Shown: in pieces, positions 49,671-63,654 of the stretch
How positions within the stretch are numbered: the stretch's first letter is position 1
Layout of the letters: the number at the start of each line of letters is the position of its first letter
Source: Octopus sinensis
Lineage: Eukaryota
DNA: 64,000 nucleotides
NCBI RefSeq assembly: GCF_006345805.1
Contig: NC_043006.1
Location: forward strand, 40,920,001-40,984,000
Direction: 5' to 3'
Program-made: the position numbers and the translations under genes
Notes under the pieces: model-generated
What the model saw: the letters and a program-made list of their open reading frames with translations, nothing else
Database searches by the model: none
What the model was told of the DNA's origin: nothing

Positions 49671-50165
49671 AATAACCTTTGCATTTGATTTTTTAATGTC
49701 TCTACCCTCATACTTTCTTGAGTTGAATTGAGCAAACACTATATGAGAGAGGTTTTCTTTAAGTGTTAGAAATAGTTTTTTAGCTGCTATTTCTAACGAG
49801 TTCAGTATGCGGCAAAGTAATTTATTTTACTAAGCCCTTTTATATAATGTAATAATTTGAATTTGCCTTAAATGGTCCCTTTGCATACTGAATACTTGGT
49901 GAAATTGATTAATTAATTAATAATTTTACCCTCAATTGTTGAAATTATAATTCATCTCTCTCTACTTAATGTCTCGGATTTTACCGAAAAAAGCATAGTG
50001 TTTGCTGATTTTAACCCACGCTGGTGGAAAGGGGAGAGCAGAAATTTTCTCTTGCATATTTGAGTTTGTTGGCACTGTTAGTTTGGAGCAGATCTTCAGA
50101 AGCGATAACAAGCCGAAAGGGTATGCTCCCATTTTCAGTGTTTTCAAATTCAAACAAGGGCATTC

Positions 50166-50218
50166 TGAGCTGATGAGAGAAGGGTCGATTTTGGCTAATC
50201 TTGAAACGTACGTACTCA
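50166..50218 (+). ncRNA. Type I hammerhead ribozyme, copy 9
   Basis: Same motif. Confidence 0.9.
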
Positions 50219-50469
50219 AATAACCTTTGCATTTGATTTTTTAATGTCTCTACCCTCATACTTTCTTGAGTTGAATTGAGCAAACACTATATGAGAGAGG
50301 TTTTCTTTAAGTGTTAGAAATAGTTTTTTAGCTGCTATTTCTAACGAGTTCAGTATGCGGCAAAGTAATTTATTTTCTAAGCCCTTTTATATAATATTAT
50401 ATATATATATATAATATATATATATTATTATATGTGTGTGTGTGTGTGTGTGTGTGGTGTGCGTGTGTG

Positions 50470-50695
50470 TGTGTGTATTTGTGTGTGTGCCTTTGTGTCT
50501 GTGCTTGTCTCCCCTACTATTGCTTAACAACTGGTGTTGGTTCCCACACCTTAACGGTTCGGTAAAAGAGACCTATAAAATAAGTGCTAGGCTTACAAGG
50601 AATAAGTTCTGGGGTCGATTTCTTCGCCTAAAAAAAATTTAAGATGGTGCTCCAGCATGGCCGCAGTCAACCGACTGAAACAAGTAAAAAAAGAA
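50470..50695 (+). mobile_element. SINE family A, 3' half
   Basis: Tail GGTGCTCCAGCATGGCCGCAGTCAACCGACTGAAACAAG. Confidence 0.8.
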
Positions 50696-50895
50696 TACAC
50701 ACACCCGCGCGTTTGTATATACACGTATGCAAACACACTCCTGTACGTAATTACCAATCTAGCTAGTTCCCGACCCACCTACATACCTATCTACATTTAT
50801 ACATACACAGAGGCACTGAAAGACGTTACGTCGCGTCTCTGGGCAGCTACGAGTGGCACTTAAAGATGAAAGAACTCCATAGGAAATTAAATAGA

Positions 50896-51120
50896 AGGTC
50901 ATAGAGCAGGCGGGGCCCTATATAAACGGGGCCGACGATGCAAGCTTTGAATAGCAGTGCGAGCAAGGATCCTCATAGACTCGCTGATCCGGGATCTCTC
51001 TTAAACTCAAGACACGAGATCTATATTCCCTGCCTCCATTTCAAACGTCACTTGCTGCAGGTGTGGGATTCCTCGTTCATCGATTAGAAGCATTAAAACA
51101 TTCTTGCTGACCGGAATCAG
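50896..51120. repeat. Unclassified interspersed repeat, copy 2 (may extend to ~51420)
   Basis: Collinear with 43596-43822. Confidence 0.85.
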
Positions 51121-52243
51121 CCTAAAGGTGGAGACTCCCTGTTCGCCCCTTAGGTCCATAAGACTTGCCAATCAGGCCAGTATGAAGGTCATAACTCTTC
51201 CCATTTAAAGCTCAGACAGTGTGAATTATTCTTTTATTTACAAATTAACAGAACGTAACGGTGTTCTACCTCCAGTCTGAAGAGAGGTTATATGCCTGCA
51301 GCCGTTGGAGCCTTACAAATCATCTATAAAGCTTTATGGATGCGAAACCATTCGTCGCTCTAAGATCGGACATATATTTAGCTTCATGTAAATACATTAC
51401 TACTCTGCTCTTCAGAGTATCTTCTTCTTTTTTGGATATTTGACCCACTGATATGTGTGTGTGGTGTGTGTGTGTGTGTATGTGTATCTGTATCTATATA
51501 TCTATGTGTCTTTGTATTTGTTCACCCCACACCTCTTGACAACCGGTATTAGCTTGTTTACGTCCCTGTAACCCAGCAGTTCAACAAAAGATATCGACAG
51601 AATACGCAGCAGGCTTAAAAAATAAGTACTGGAGTCGATAGTCGAAGAAATTGACCAAACCCTTCAAGGCAGTGCCCCAGTAAGGCTGCAGTGTAGTAAC
51701 TGTGTCAAGTAAAGATTAAAAAATATATTTTCAATTATATCAGAATTTTAAAAACATACTCGACGTTTACTGGGTTGTTTGATTATTTATATTATGACTA
51801 AATAATAAATTATTTTAACTTATCTTGCTAGTTACCTTTTAGTTATATTTTCAAATAAATGTTTAATTAAATTTGAGCCTAAATAATTATATAATTATTA
51901 GTTTCTAGATTCATATGATTAGATATAATGAATATATTTCATTTTAAGCAATATATTCGTTAACTCTTTGCCTCTCCTGTGTATGACATTCGATGCATAT
52001 GATGTATTCCTCGGGCATCCATATACGATACACATTCTCAATCTTTTTTCAACCATCTGAGTAACTTGGAACTTATGAAAGGAGAGCTTTATATTGCTCA
52101 GAACATATGAAGAAAGGGCTGACTAAACATCCGAGAAAAACATGGACATTTTGGACAAACTTACTAAAGTGTTTCGGACAGGCTAAGGGCTAAGATCCTT
52201 TCTTATGAAATCTGCGTTATATGGAAATGTGTTGGTTATTTGT

Positions 52244-52616
52244 GGAGGTGCAATGGCCCAGTGGTTAGGGCAACGAACTCGCGGTCGTAGGATCGCGGTT
52301 TCGATTCCCAGACCGGGCGTGGTGAGCGTTTATTGAGCGAAGACATCTAAAGCTCCACGAGGCTCCGGCAGGAGTGGTGCGAACCCTGCTGTACTCTTTC
52401 ACCACAACTTTCTCTCACTCTTTGTTACAGTTTCTGTTGTAGCTGTATTTCAAAGGGACAGCCTTGTCACACTCTGTGTCACGCTGAATCTCACCGAGAA
52501 CTACGTCAAGGGCACTCGTGTCTGTGGAGTGCTCAGCCACTAGCACGTTAATTTCACGAGCAGGCTGTTCCGTTGATCAGATCAACTGGAACCCTCGTCG
52601 TCATAAACAACGGGGC
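52244..52616 (+). mobile_element. SINE family B, near full length
   Basis: GGAGGTGCAATGGCCCAGTGGTTAGGGC...GGTTTCGATTCCC head; collinear with 40030-40416; possible TSD TGGTTAT. Confidence 0.9.
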
Positions 52617-53029
52617 TGGTTATCCCATGGCAAAGTTCTAAAACAATGAGGCTACAGATGTCGGTAGCACATTACAATTAATGAGAATTTTTTTCAAGTT
52701 TTCTGGCGCAATTGGGCCAGAAGTGCCATTTCTAGACTTCAACTGAGACCTCATAGAAGTGATGTCTTTAATGATGCTGGCGCATATTTCTAATTTCCAA
52801 GTATTGATTTGAAGTCTGTTGAGTGTATTATAAACTGCATTGCTATCTCTATTGCTGGAGGTCCTGCTCTGTTAGGATATGACAGTAGTTTTAGGATTTT
52901 GGCAAAAAAGTAAAAACTGAAATTTAAGTCACACACTGTATGATCTAACGGTAGGCTTTGGCTATGAAACAGTTGAAACATGAAAGAGAGGTCGTAATGA
53001 ATTATGTGATGAAGATTGTTAATGCTACC

Positions 53030-53370
53030 AGAAAGCATCACTAAACACATTGCTGTTTCGTGATTTATGTGAGGACATGGAGACTGAATATTCAGGCTGC
53101 TCTTTTCGCAATGAATTGCATTTGCTTTCACGTGGAAATATTCTCAATAAAATTTGGACCATTACAAGTGAACTCAAATCCCCTGTGGTAGGAACCCCCC
53201 CCCCAAAAAAAAAAAACCCCAAACCAAAACAAGTTCTTGCAGTTAAGTTCACTAACTGATTTGGCCGATATTCTGGAAGATTTAACAGAATTTTGACCCA
53301 ACACTTAAGCACTCATGGAATTTCAGAACAAGGCATCTCTTTCATGGTTTTGAATGTCAAAGGGTAAAAA
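53030..53370 (+). mobile_element. hAT (Charlie/Buster-type) transposase remnant
   Basis: LFRDLCEDMETEYSG..F.NE...LSRGNIL resembles the hAT HTEVRWLSRGKVL region; followed by LADI. Confidence 0.7.
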
Positions 53371-54402
53371 ACTCTGAAAACTATACACGTGGCAGCGACA
53401 AAAATATTTGCGATAATGTTCATATGTGAAATTGGAAACAAACTAGGGAACCAGTTATAACCAGAAGACAGTATTCAAGTTGCTCGGACATTAAAAAGCC
53501 TGGCCTAGTAGTTGCGGTTAAGATGTCGGGTTAATGATCATAAAATCGTGGATTTTATTTCTGGATCAGGTGGCATATTGTGCCCTAGAGTAAGTTACTC
53601 AATTGCACCTTATTTCAGTCTAATCTGCTGAAAGGAATGCCGACTGTGTGCTTATTCAGGTTTCCTTCAAGCTGTCACATTTTGGATGTTCAACTGGGTC
53701 AAAGGTGAAAGTACCAATAGGGTGTGTATGATTGCAAGCAACCATGAGAAAGTATGGTGCATGTATATCATACTCGCTTGCAAGTGATGGCCAAGAAATA
53801 TTTATTAAAAAAAATGGAAACGGTATCAGTTTCCAAACCTCAAGTGGGTTTGAACCCATTTGGTACCAACCCGCTTGAGACATCCCCTGGCTCTTTAACA
53901 CAAATTTCTTGTTTTAAGGAGTTCTAAATTAAAATCTTTCATCAAAATTTCTTGTTAATTTATTCCAAACACCAACTTCACAATGACAGAGTTGTTTTAC
54001 TAAATTCTTCATTATTTCGAAAAAGCAGCATATTTCAACAGAAATAAAGTAATAAAACGATGAATGTATGTCAACATGTAAGGCGATTTTTTCTTATATC
54101 TTCAAATTAATGCTTATGAACTTGAAAACTGATTCTTAGTAATCTTGTGAACTTGGAAATTGATTCATAATAGTTCCTATCAATTTATTCTTTTATGATT
54201 CCATATAATCCTTTTAAGCCTAAAATACTAACGTATGGAAATTACTCGGTCTCTGAAGGCAGCATCCAGATTCCCTGAGATCAAAGATTTCTATTTTGTT
54301 GGTTTTATAAAATACCCCTACCTACCCAATAACACGAAACGGAATTGTTTTTCATGAATCTAGAGTGTAGATGTTTCCAATCGAATTCTTAAGTTTTCAA
54401 TC

Positions 54403-54469
<67 letters not shown>

Positions 54470-54475
<6 letters not shown>

Positions 54476-55351
54476 TAGTTTTATTTTTATTTTTATAGCG
54501 TGCTTTCACTTCACTACCGAGCGCAGCTCTGTGTGCCTTGGGTATGTGCTGTGATTGTTGTGATGCTCTGATGGTTATTGTATGGAAAGTGTTCTGCGTA
54601 GGATGTGTGCAGTGCCTAGTAGTGCAATTTTTGTATGTTATATGTGTTTGTAAGTCCTGGTGTTTTTGTTATGTATTTGTCTGAATATTTTTTTATCATG
54701 CCATGCACCTACTATGATAGGAATTGTTTTGTTTTCAGATTCCACATTCTAGTTACCTCTATTTCCAGGTCTTTGTATTTTGAGAGTTTCTCCATTTCTT
54801 TTAGAGACACGTTGTCATCTGCCGTGACTGATACATCAATTAGAAAGCATTTTTTTTCTTCATGGTCTCTGACAACTATATCTGGTCTGTTGGCCTTAAT
54901 TTCTCTATCTGTGTGTATCGGCATATCCCAGAGTATGGTTGCTTTCTCGTTTTTCTGTGACCTTTTCTGGGTGTGCCTATACCATCTTTTTTCTGTTGTT
55001 ATTCCATAATGTTGGCATGCTTCCAATGTATGTAAGTTCCAACTCTGTCATGTCTGTGAATATATTCCTTCTTAGCCAGGACTGGGCAGCTAGAGATAAT
55101 ATGATTTATTGTTTCTTGTCCATCTCCATATTCTGCAGTTACTTGTTATTTCTTTTCATTACATGTTTTGGTAATTTTGTGGGGAGGCTTTGGTCTTGTG
55201 CTGCAATTAAAAATCCCTCTGTTTCTGCTTTGAGTCCTGAGCTTCTCAACCATTGCTGGGATTTTTTCTTTGCTATTTCTTTTGCGTTTAGTTTAGTCTA
55301 GTATTTACCATGAAGGGCTTTTCTTGCCATCGTTTTATCATGGTTCGTTGC

Positions 55352-55352
<1 letters not shown>
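54470..55352 (-). mobile_element. R4/Dong-like non-LTR retrotransposon 3' end (RLE domain) inserted in (TAA)n
   Basis: ILWDMPIHTDREIKANRPDIVVRD..KKCFLIDVSV..EKLSKYKDL (PD-D/ExK restriction-like endonuclease) and terminal IALLGTAHILR. Confidence 0.92.
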
Positions 55353-55409
<57 letters not shown>

Positions 55410-55411
<2 letters not shown>

Positions 55412-55990
55412 GCTTTCTTAATGACAATCCAAGCCATATATATGTTTGTAATATGTTTTTTACAACGCCTCATAACTGTTTTATCGATGACCAGGTGATC
55501 CTTGGTACCCAGAGAACTCTTTCTACATCTTTTTTGTTCTCTTGGTAGTGTTTCTTCCTGTGCCAGGAAAGTATATGTCTTTGCTGCACATATTCCAGTG
55601 AGTATCTTCCAGATTATGTTTAGGCATGCTATGGGACGGTAGTTTCCCCACGATATTTCCCCCTTTCTTCTACCTTTCATTACAAGTGTTGTCTTCACAG
55701 TCACCATTCACGCGGGGACTGTACCTTTCTGGACACACTCATTCAATTGGGCTGCTAGTCTTTCATGCACCACGTAGCATCTCTTCAGCCAGAAGCCATG
55801 GATGCTATCTAGTCCAGGGGCTTTCCAGTTAGGCACTTTGCCCACTTGTTCTTTCACATCATCCGTGCTTATGACAATATTCCTTTGTTTCTTTCCTCCT
55901 TGTGATTCTGTCTTGATAGTTCCTATTCATATTGCATCCCTTTTATGCACCACATTGTTTCCCCATAATCCGCTCCAGAACACCTTGGCT
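55410..55990 (-). mobile_element. R4/Dong-like RT N-terminal fragment
   Basis: NYRPIACLNIIWKILTG..LPREQKRCRK.SLGTKDHLVID; bounded by trinucleotide repeats. Confidence 0.85.
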
Positions 55991-55991
55991 T

Positions 55992-56012
55992 GATCATCAT
56001 CATCATCATTAT

Positions 56013-56065
<53 letters not shown>

Positions 56066-56094
56066 TACTACTACTACTACTACTACTATTATTA

Positions 56095-56158
<64 letters not shown>

Positions 56159-56407
56159 CAATCAGTTTTCATTTAAACTATTCCATGTTGTTATTGGTGT
56201 GGTGGTCTTCGTGGATGGTATTGTTATTTGGCCGTGGCCGTCGTTGGTGTGGTTATTGTCTGTCTTATCTCCATCTTCTCTTTTTCTTCTCTTCTTCTTC
56301 TTCTTCTTCTCTTCTTCTTCTTCTTCTTCTTCTTCTTCTTCTTCTTCTTCTTCTTCTTCTTCTTCTTCTTCTTCTTCTTCTTCTTCTTCTTCTTCTTCTT
56401 CTTCTTC
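55992..56407. repeat. Compound (CAT)n/(TAC)n/(TAT)n/(TTC)n microsatellites
   Basis: Direct inspection. Confidence 0.95.
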
Positions 56408-56408
56408 C

Positions 56409-56626
56409 TAAGGCAACGAGCTGGCAGAATAGTTAGCACGCCGGGTGAAATGCTTAGCGATATTTCGCCCGACGCTACATTCTGAGTTCAAATTCCGCCG
56501 AGGTCGACTGTGCCTTTCATCCTTTCGGGGGGTCGATAAATTAATTACCAGTGAAACACAGAAGTCGATATTATCGACTAGTCCCCACCCAACAAATTTG
56601 AGGCCTTGTCCCTCCGGTAGAAAGGA
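56409..56626 (+). mobile_element. SINE family C, best-preserved copy
   Basis: GAGCTGGCAGAATAG A-box-like, GAGTTCAAATTCC B box, GCCTTTCATCCTTTCGGGGGGTCGATAAA Nin-like core, (TTA)n tail. Confidence 0.85.
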
Positions 56627-56673
56627 TTATTATTATTGTTATTATTATTATTATTGTTGTATTATTATTATTA

Positions 56674-56711
<38 letters not shown>

Positions 56712-57384
56712 TAATTTTTTTTTATTCATGTTACTTGATCCCATAAATATTCTTGATATAAATTTCTCTGAGCCGTACGAAAGAATTTTAAGAGCAACCG
56801 ACATGTTTTTTGTTCACTTTGAAGCTGACAGTGATTTACCGATATTCGGTAAATATCTAAAAATAATCTCCAACACTAGCCCTGTATTAAAGGCATCAAA
56901 CAAAACACACAACTCGTACAACATATATTCTACACGACGAACGCCCACTAAAATAAAACAACGTACGCTTACATTACTGAAATACATTAATATAGCACCA
57001 ACGTGTTACACAACTCAATATCTAGAGAGCCTTAAACCTTTAAACGCTACAAAAACTCATTGACGCTACAAAAATCTACCCATCGCATACTTTACGCAAT
57101 CACCACCCAACGCTGAAACACGTAATGCTAAGAATACAGGGCATACGAAACACAATGACCACACAACAACATTAGGTAATTCACACGGCACATATACTAC
57201 ACAACGGGAAGAAACACGAAAATAACAGCAGAAACAATAGACTTCATAGCAAAGCACAATTGCTGTTGCATACAAACAGGATTCTCTCTACCCATAGGAT
57301 AATGCTGCGCATTGATTGCACATGAGCAAGACGGAAAGACTGTGCTGTATTTGGGGTTCATTTTCCTCGGCTCCCTAATGACGC

Positions 57385-57602
57385 TCTTTGCTATAGGGCT
57401 CAAGGCCTGGAATTTTCTAGGGAGCGGGTAAGTTGATTACATCAACTCCAGTGCTCTTCTGGAACTTATTTTCCTGACCACCGAAATGATAAAAGGCAAA
57501 GTCGACCTCGGCGGCATTTGAACTCAGAACATAAGGAGTCGGAAGAAGTGCCGATAAGCAATTTGTCTGGCGAGGTAACGATTCTACCAGGTTGCCGCCT
57601 TA
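57385..57602 (-). mobile_element. SINE family C
   Basis: Reverse-complement match to 56409-56626. Confidence 0.75.
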
Positions 57603-57769
57603 AGTGATCAAAGAGCAACGTAAAATAGAATGTTTTGCTCAAGAACACAACGGATTTCCCGGTCCGAGAATCGAAACTGCGATCGTGGAATCGGAGAGTG
57701 CAACACTGTAACCAATAGACCACGAGCCTTTTACACACTCGAGCGATTAATGAAATGTAACTCAATACA

Positions 57770-58195
57770 TAAAACATATAACACACTATAATATGTTAAC
57801 ATACGATTATACCATATGTTACATATAACACAATAAGATATAATACTGTACAATATGATGCCTTATATGATATAATAACAACACGATATAACTTAATATA
57901 ATTTTGATATAATTTAATACAATATAACACATTATAACCTTTGTATAATACAATATGATATAAAACAATATAATGTTATATTATACAATATACTATGATA
58001 TAAAATATTATAATATGATATAACGCAATATAATATATAATTTAATAACACAATATAGTATGATATAATTTAATATAACACAATATAACGTGATATATAA
58101 TACAATATAGTATGTAATAACACAGTGTAACATGATATAATACAATATGTTATAGTACATTATAATACAGAATAATATGATATAACACAATAAAA
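57770..58195. repeat. Degenerate AT-rich pentanucleotide (ATATA-type) satellite
   Basis: Direct inspection. Confidence 0.85.
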
Positions 58196-58334
58196 GAGAA
58201 AGTACATTATCACGTGTAATGTTGGTGAGTACAATATATAATGCTCTTTAACGTAGGCACAAAGCGTAGAGGTTTTAAGGCAGAAAGAGCCGGGAATAAA
58301 TCAACCCGGCAGTACTTTACTGGTTGGTATTTTG

Positions 58335-58870
<536 letters not shown>

Positions 58871-59496
58871 AAAAAAAAAAAAAAAAAAGAACGAAAGCTC
58901 TATTCCCGAAGGATGAAATAAAAAAATAAAGTCAACGGTAGTAGGATTCGAACTCAAGTTTTAAAAAGGATGTAACGAAATACGGTAAGATATCTTGTCT
59001 CCCGCCACCTTCCTACCATCTAGCCTGCCGGAGAACCTTAAAATTAGCGCTATTGTTTTATGGCAACTCTGGTATGTGTGTGTGTGTATGTGCGGTTTGG
59101 TACGTATATATATATATATATATATATAAAACACAATCGAACGGAAACATGAAGACGATGGTGTCACAAAACTTAATCAAGGTTACGATAATTTTAAATG
59201 GTTAAAGGAAACGTCTAATCGCTATGCGTTGCTTTGTACGTATTGTTAATTAATTAATTAATTATATGTTTATGGCACAATAATGTTGAACTAACGTTTT
59301 GGAATCATTTTTCATAAAATTACCCTCGTATATTTTCTCGTTATTCTTCCATCAGCGTGGTTTTGGGTTTAGTCCTACTGCGCGACACCTTCGTCAGGTG
59401 TCCTGCACTATAGTCTCGGGAAGACCATTGCATTGTGAGGGAATTTGGTAGACAGAGACTGTGAGTGTATATATATATTTATCTGCACACACAAAT

Positions 59497-60070
59497 ATGT
59501 CCAGGTATCAATACATTACGGCCGTCTCGAGCGGCTACATTTAATCGATCAATGAAAACATTACATCAGTTTGAAAGAGACCGCTCTCCTTAGACGTAGA
59601 TGGCTATATAGATTTGCAACATAAAAGGATAAACCATTTTTAGCAAATTTATATCAGTACTAGAAACCAAAATAATTACATTATTTAGCTTATGTTATAT
59701 TTGGGGCAGAATGAATTTAAAGAATAATGCTTATCTTATTAAGCCTATTATAATTTAGAGAGCAGCAGAGAAAAATAGTGAAGGTGAATGTATAGGAGTG
59801 GCGAGATGGTTATTTATATTTATTTTTATCTTTCGTTATAAGGTTTTATGCAGCATATAGTGTACAACCATTTAGAATTAAATCAATTGGGTGTTGTCAG
59901 CTATATTCCAGTTGATGGTGATAATTAAATGGAGCCGCTTGAAACGGCCGTAATGCATTGATACCTGGACATCCTTGTTACTTATTTGAATTATGTTCAC
60001 CTAACTTCGAGCTGCGAAGACTCTACCGAACTGCCTTGGTGCCTAAGTACCTAATTTAACTGAATCTTAA
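59497..60070. mobile_element. Old fold-back pLTR-like element with a hammerhead 3' half
   Basis: 59497-~59555 is inverted relative to ~59910-59972; GAAACGGCCGTA at 59941; related to 21821-21950; ends at (TA)n. Confidence 0.6.
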
Positions 60071-60393
<323 letters not shown>

Positions 60394-61339
60394 GTCTATA
60401 TGTATGTGTGTGCGCGTGTGTCCTTGCACCTGTGTTTATCCCCCTTCTCTACGCCAACGCTGGACAACCGGCGCTGGTTTGTTTACGTTTCCGTAACTTT
60501 GAGGTTGGCAAAATGAATCGATAGAATAAGTACCACACTAAAAAAAAAAGAACGAAACAAAACGAAAAAGACCATAAGTACTAACGCTGATTCGTCCGAT
60601 TAACGACCTTCAAGGCGGTGCTGCAGCCTGGCCGCAGTCCAATGACTGAAGCAAGTAAGAGATTAAAGATAATTGAGTACGGATGTTCTTAAAATTGCGA
60701 TTTATTTATTCAAAAAACCATGTTCTTCTCGTATTTAAATGAGTTCTTTAATTCAGATCTGACAGTTAAGAGCATGCTCGTCTGTGATAAATTTAATTTG
60801 GAACCATAAATCAATCTAAAATGCCTTCGTTTTAAAATAAATAACAGCTGGTGTATGTATGTTTATATATATATGTATGTATGTCATTATTCAGTTTATT
60901 TCAAGATTTCTTGTCAATAGAGAAAGAGCCGGTTTCTAACGTATATCCAAAGGCTCCTTCATTAGAATCTCAACATCAACAACAAGGCATTTTGGTTTGT
61001 ATGCGTGTGTATATATGCAGATTTGTATGTTTTATTTTATGTATGTATTCTCATGCATATACTCGCATATCTAGACATTCTTAAATGATAAACTTCTGAA
61101 AAGTTTTTCAGATTTTTATAGTTCCAGTCTTCGAATTATCTTTCTGCTGTCTGGTTTTGAGAAACCTAATATGTACGTATGTATGTATGTATGTATGTAT
61201 GTATGTATGTATGTATGTATGTATGTATGTATGTATGTATGTATGTATGTATGTATGTATGCATACTTGCATATATGTATATATGTATGTATGTATGTAA
61301 CTATGTATATATGTATGCATGCATGTATGTATTCATTTT

Positions 61340-61728
61340 AGACACAAGGCCTAAAATTGTATGGGGAGGGGACTAGTCTGTTTCTTCGACCTCAATACTT
61401 AAATGATACTTATTCTTATCTACCCCGAAAGGATTAAAGGCAAAGTAGACCACAGCGGAATTTGAACGCGGATCGAGAAAAAGCTAGAAGAAATGTCGCT
61501 AAGCATTATGTCCGAATACTTTTTACTATAGGGACAAGGTTTGGATTTTGTGGGGAGGGGGAAGTTGATCACATCGACCCCAGTACTCAACTGGTACTTA
61601 AATTATCAACCCTGAAAGGATGAAAGGCAGAGTCGACCTCAGCCGAAATTGAACTCAGTACGCAGTGGCAGACGAAATACCGCTAAGCATTTCGCCCGGC
61701 GTGCTAACGATTCTGCCAGCTCGCCGCC

Positions 61729-61767
<39 letters not shown>

Positions 61768-62105
61768 TAATAATAATAATAAAATAATAATAATAATAAT
61801 AATAAAAATAATAATAATAATATAATATAATAATATAATAATAATAATAATATAATAATAATAATAACAACAACCATTAATAATAATGATAATAATGGTT
61901 TCAAATTTTTCCACAAGGGCAGCCATTGTGGAGGAGGGGTTGAGTCGAATACATTGACTGCAGTGTTTCACTAGTACTTAATTTATCGATCCCAAAAGCA
62001 TGAAAGCCAAAGTGGACCTCAGTGGAAATTGAACCCAGAACGTGAAAACAGACCTATAAGTATTTCGTCCGACGTGGTAACGACTCTGCTAGCTCGCCAC
62101 CTTAA
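61340..62105 (-). mobile_element. Three SINE family C copies interleaved with (TAA)n
   Basis: Copies near 61340-61515, 61520-61730 and 61895-62105. Confidence 0.8.
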
Positions 62106-62134
62106 ATAATAATAATAATAATAATAATAATAAT

Positions 62135-62570
62135 CATAATCCACTGTGATTCTGTGATTGATGCTCTGATACCTGACATTGTTGTAGTTGGCAAAATGAA
62201 GGAAACCAAGATCATAGACATTACCATACCTGGGGATATACGAATAGATGCTGAGAGGACTGGATAAAGAGTGAAAAATATAAACCATTAAAAGATGGCA
62301 CTACACGAATGTGGGCAATGAAGACAGCAACTGTCATCTTAGTAGTAGTTGGGGCAGCGAGAGCATTAAGAGCCAGGTTTGAGAAATTTGCTTGAGAAAT
62401 TGTGATTTACACGAGGGTAGACCATGATCAGAAGACTGCTTTATTGAGGAAAGCGAGGATTTTTGAGGTTGGTGCTTGAGTGCTAAGTATTGTGGAAGAA
62501 AACCCTGTGAGATCTTTGGCAACATCTTGTTGTCCGCTCTTACAGAATTAACCAAAGCAAGTTAAATGGA

Positions 62571-62572
<2 letters not shown>
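62135..62572 (+). mobile_element. R4/Dong-like RLE fragment
   Basis: PDIVVV...ETKIIDITIPGD.RI...KTALL; flanked by (TAA)n. Confidence 0.75.
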
Positions 62573-62632
<60 letters not shown>

Positions 62633-62639
62633 TAATAAA

Positions 62640-62882
62640 TAAGTGCTCATGGGAACTGCTCATATCCTAAGCAAAATACTTTCTATGTAATCTCAAGTTT
62701 TAAAACAAACATAATTTTCGTATGGTTTTTTAGGCATTCATTAGTATAACACTAAGTACGAAACCAAATATATGGCACCCTAGGCATAACACCAACATGA
62801 ACTTCCAACTTGTTGTCTCTTGAGGTCTCTGGGTGAGACTTGGAGCCAGCTTGTACAAATGTAAAGCAAAAGTCAAACATAA
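62640..62882 (+). mobile_element. R4/Dong-like 3' end
   Basis: VLMGTAHILSKILSM* plus 3' UTR, between (TAA)n tracts. Confidence 0.75.
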
Positions 62883-62910
62883 AATAATAATAATAATGAT
62901 AATAATAATA

Positions 62911-62952
<42 letters not shown>

Positions 62953-62972
62953 GGATGATGATGATGATGATG

Positions 62973-63014
<42 letters not shown>

Positions 63015-63017
<3 letters not shown>

Positions 63018-63228
63018 TCTACTATAGGCACAAGGCCTGAAATTTTTGGGGAGGGGTCCAGTCAGTTAGATCAACCCCAGTACTCAACTGGTACTTATTG
63101 TATTGACTTCGAAAATATGAAAGGCAAAATCTAGCTCTGCGGAATTTGAACTCAGAACGGAAGGACGTATGAAATGTTGCAAAGCATTTTGCTCGACGTG
63201 CTAACGATTCTGCCAGCCTACCGACTGA

Positions 63229-63230
<2 letters not shown>
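63015..63230 (-). mobile_element. SINE family C
   Basis: Reverse-complement match to 56409-56626; another copy at ~63670-63880. Confidence 0.8.
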
Positions 63231-63269
<39 letters not shown>

Positions 63270-63270
63270 C

Positions 63271-63314
<44 letters not shown>

Positions 63315-63315
<1 letters not shown>

Positions 63316-63590
63316 GTATGAGATAAGGAAGAAAGAAAAGTCGATAGATATGACAGGTTAAGCAGTTGTGGCCGATAAAAAAGGTGGTAGTAGTACCAAT
63401 AATTGTCGGAGCCCTGGGAAAAAATAGGGGCTGCAATAAGGGTGGAGCACTTGCAGAAAACAGCACTGCTTGGAACCGCTCGAATACTCCGGAAGGCGCT
63501 CGAAAAATAAGAGGTGTTACCTTAGTTCACTGGTAGTGAACAGCTGACACCGTAGTACATCTCCAGCGTTAGAAGCTGTGCAAATGCAAT
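63315..63590 (+). mobile_element. R4/Dong-like 3' end
   Basis: KVVVVPIIVGALG / LQKTALLGTARILRKALEK* plus short UTR, between (TAA)n tracts. Confidence 0.85.
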
Positions 63591-63612
63591 AATAATAATG
63601 ATGATGATGATG

Positions 63613-63654
<42 letters not shown>

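Larger units (their letters stand above)
45661..50394. mobile_element. Tandem plus inverted array of ~550-bp hammerhead-containing units (retrozyme / Penelope pLTR-like)
   Basis: Unit starts at 45661, 46218, 46767, 47318, 47865 and 48416; inversion junction near 48960; ~2.6 inverted units to 50394; near-identical copies; (TA)n on both flanks. Confidence 0.95.

Noticed and set aside
46001-50283. Repeated 60-125 aa ORFs in the array
   Set aside because: Frames differ between units, no domain motif is recognisable, and most are antisense to the ribozyme; treated as non-coding.
45661-50394. CRISPR-like array
   Set aside because: Whole 550-bp units repeat with no unique spacers; eukaryotic context and no cas genes.
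52244-52320. tRNA gene
   Set aside because: The tRNA-like head continues into a SINE body shared with other copies, one of which has a TSD.
60920-60970. Minus-strand CTAATGA...GAAACCGG motif
   Set aside because: G5 is missing and the stems are poor; cannot be supported from one copy.
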